In this document: in pieces, positions 42,895 through 44,551 of the stretch
Position numbering within the stretch: position 1 is the first letter of the stretch
Layout of the letters: each line of letters begins with the position of its first letter
Sequence record: MW331437.1
Strand: one strand, 5' to 3'
Source of the DNA: Escherichia phage phiWAO78-1
Length of the DNA: 44,551 nt
Made by a program: the position numbers and the translations under genes
The notes under the pieces: model-generated
Databases searched by the model: none
Seen by the model: the letters and a program-made list of their open reading frames with translations, nothing else
What the model was told of the DNA's origin: nothing

Positions 42895-43049
42895 GCGAAC
42901 AAGGTCCAGCAAGCCAACCATTACGGGTAGGCCGTAAGGTAAGTCACACCCCGTTCCCGACACGCGAGGAACTGATGAAACGTAACAGTTTCCCGGGGCC
43001 GGACAAGAACAAGTATCTCAATCGCATGTGGGGAGAGCGCAAAGAATGA
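42891..43049 (+). CDS. Hypothetical small protein (52 aa)
   Basis: ATGA overlaps at both ends. Confidence 0.3.
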   Translation: MSEQGPASQPLRVGRKVSHTPFPTREELMKRNSFPGPDKNKYLNRMWGERKE

Positions 43050-43228
43050 AAGTAAAATGTGTGTTGCTTAAGGGTGATTGGGTTGAGTTTACACTAAACG
43101 GGGTGTACGAAGCCGTCGCGCTACCGAGTTATGGGTACCTAGTTGGAGACTTCTACCTCAATAACTCTCTTGAGGTTGAAGGCTACGAAAGTGAGTGCGT
43201 ATTTGAGGCGGTGAACAATGACCAATAA
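43046..43228 (+). CDS. Hypothetical small protein
   Basis: ATG 43046 (ORF open from 43028). Confidence 0.35.
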   Translation: MKVKCVLLKGDWVEFTLNGVYEAVALPSYGYLVGDFYLNNSLEVEGYESECVFEAVNNDQ

Positions 43229-43391
43229 CGAATACGAGAAACTTAGCGTAGGAGCGGCGACCGGTGAATCTGAAATAGCGTGGATTGACGCCAACATCGA
43301 GCACTACCTACGGCAAGTAGACATCCTTATGGAACGCCGCCGTGAATTGATTAACCGCTTCAACCTGAACAAAGGTGACGCCAATGCCTAA
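43218..43391 (+). CDS. Hypothetical small protein (57 aa)
   Basis: Hand-translated; overlaps neighbours. Confidence 0.3.
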   Translation: MTNNEYEKLSVGAATGESEIAWIDANIEHYLRQVDILMERRRELINRFNLNKGDANA

Positions 43392-43623
43392 AATCACAAT
43401 CGCATCACTCGAGCGCCGTATTCTGGTGCTTGAGTCGGAGAAACAGACGTTGGGCGGGCAACTGTCAATTAATGGTGAGTTTCAACTGGAGGCGTTTAAG
43501 TTGTTGCTTGATAAGTTGAAAGAGGGTGAAAAGCCTTGTGCGCATGACTACTACATACGTGTTGGTGGCGGGTCCCGACATATCACATGCCTGAAATGCG
43601 GTAAAACGTATGGGGGCACCTGA
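43384..43623 (+). CDS. Small protein with C-terminal zinc-ribbon-like Cys/His cluster
   Basis: CAHDYYIRVGGGSRHITCLKCG at C-terminus. Confidence 0.4.
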   Translation: MPKITIASLERRILVLESEKQTLGGQLSINGEFQLEAFKLLLDKLKEGEKPCAHDYYIRVGGGSRHITCLKCGKTYGGT

Positions 43624-43792
43624 ACCAGTAGTTATTGATGGCGTCCTGTGGAAACCCTACTCGGTTAACCACATCGACGCCGACGGGAAGAAGTTCAGCT
43701 TCTACATTTTTGCAATTAGCCGTGAGCACGCCGCTTGCGTGGTCGACGATATTCGAGAAACGGCGTGGCTCGGCGATGAGATAGGGGGGTAA
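43610..43792 (+). CDS. Hypothetical small protein
   Basis: 60 aa ORF. Confidence 0.3.
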   Translation: MGAPEPVVIDGVLWKPYSVNHIDADGKKFSFYIFAISREHAACVVDDIRETAWLGDEIGG

Positions 43793-43879
43793 GAGTATGA
43801 GTCTTGAGGTTGTTATTGGCCTGGTCGGTCTTAGTTACTTCATTGGGTTATTAGTTGGTTTTCTGTGGGGTAGATACTG

Positions 43880-44050
43880 ATGTTCGACAATATTGACGCG
43901 GCAATCGAAGAAGCAATCTGGCGTCGCTACAACGGCGAACAACAGCGACACTTCTGCCTTGTACAACGCGGTAACATGGTCGCCGTAGTGCAGGACCGCG
44001 ATAACAAATATCCGAATGCGATGTGGACAACGAGGAATTTCTTAGGATGA
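43880..44050 (+). CDS. Hypothetical small protein (56 aa)
   Basis: Hand-translated; ATGA overlap with downstream gene. Confidence 0.3.
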   Translation: MFDNIDAAIEEAIWRRYNGEQQRHFCLVQRGNMVAVVQDRDNKYPNAMWTTRNFLG

Positions 44051-44283
44051 TTACCAGCATTCCGAACCTGATTAAAGAATACGGCACGATGGCGGAGACA
44101 TGCCGACAAACCGGCATCAACGAAATGACGATTGCCAAGTACAGCAAAGACGTTGATTGTGAGCGACATGTAATTTATAACAACCGTCTGATGACGCACG
44201 TTAAGACAAGCCCGGTGTTATTCACGCGCCGAGGTATCACTAAAACAGAGCAACGTATCGCTAAAGAGGAGAGCGGGGAATGA
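44047..44283 (+). CDS. Small putative HTH DNA-binding protein
   Basis: ETCRQTGINEMTIAKYSKD resembles a helix-turn-helix. Confidence 0.35.
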   Translation: MITSIPNLIKEYGTMAETCRQTGINEMTIAKYSKDVDCERHVIYNNRLMTHVKTSPVLFTRRGITKTEQRIAKEESGE

Positions 44284-44462
44284 TTGAGATTTTGAAAGCT
44301 ACAAATGCCGTGGGCAACCTGGTGTTCTGGCTGGCGTTTCTCGTTGTGCTGATAAAACAACCGACTTTGTTTAACAGTCTTCCTCGCCATCTGTGGTGGC
44401 CTATGTTTTTAGGCATGGGTGTATCAGGAGTGGCAGGCATCCTGTTGTGGTTTTTCAAATGA
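44280..44462 (+). CDS. Small membrane protein
   Basis: 60 aa with two hydrophobic segments. Confidence 0.35.
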   Translation: MIEILKATNAVGNLVFWLAFLVVLIKQPTLFNSLPRHLWWPMFLGMGVSGVAGILLWFFK

Positions 44463-44551
44463 GACTGCTAATCACCCATAACGCATGGGATATCGCCGTA
44501 GCTAACGACCATTACGGCGGAGATGGTAAAAGAGCACCACGACACGGACTA

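Noticed and set aside
1-44551. CRISPR arrays, tRNA/rRNA genes, integrase, transposase or IS elements
   Set aside because: No regularly spaced direct repeats, no RNA-gene signatures and no recombinase-like ORFs recognised; the XRE-like and AlpA-like regulators alone do not establish a temperate lifestyle.

Overview
The window reads as a near genome-scale segment of a tailed dsDNA bacteriophage with siphovirus-type tail genes and roughly balanced GC (judged by eye, not computed). All calls are from reading the sequence and ORF track; no database search was run, and family names are from memory of motifs. Layout: (1) a rightward late module, 1-24.9 kb: TerS, TerL, portal, Mu-F/SPP1-gp7-like head morphogenesis protein, Ig-like domain protein, an overlapping Rz/Rz1-like spanin pair, scaffold, major capsid, neck proteins, major tail protein, tail chaperones with a candidate -1 frameshift, tape measure, minor tail proteins, J-like central fiber and a tail fiber/tailspike. 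(2) Three leftward accessory cassettes inserted into this module (3.4-4.2 kb, 5.8-6.1 kb, 13.2-15.7 kb); the largest encodes a superinfection-immunity-like membrane protein, a small HTH protein, a calcineurin-like metallophosphoesterase, a HAD phosphatase and a P-loop dNMP-kinase-like protein. (3) A leftward replication/recombination module, 24.9-37.2 kb: Toprim protein, SNF2 helicase, C5-cytosine methyltransferase-like protein, VRR-NUC nuclease, family A DNA polymerase, SSB-like protein, Cas4-like PD-(D/E)XK nuclease, an acidic first early protein and a primase/helicase, with a divergent XRE-type HTH regulator. (4) A rightward array of tightly packed small ORFs, 37.6-44.5 kb, containing a holin/holin-like/GH24 endolysin cassette. 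The most distinctive signal is regulatory: eight intergenic sites share the dyad AATAG-N4-CTATT, embedded either in a near-invariant 33-bp promoter-like element (5 copies) or in the spacer of strong TTGACA-N17/18-TATAGT promoters (3 copies). No tRNA, rRNA, CRISPR array, integrase or transposase was recognised.
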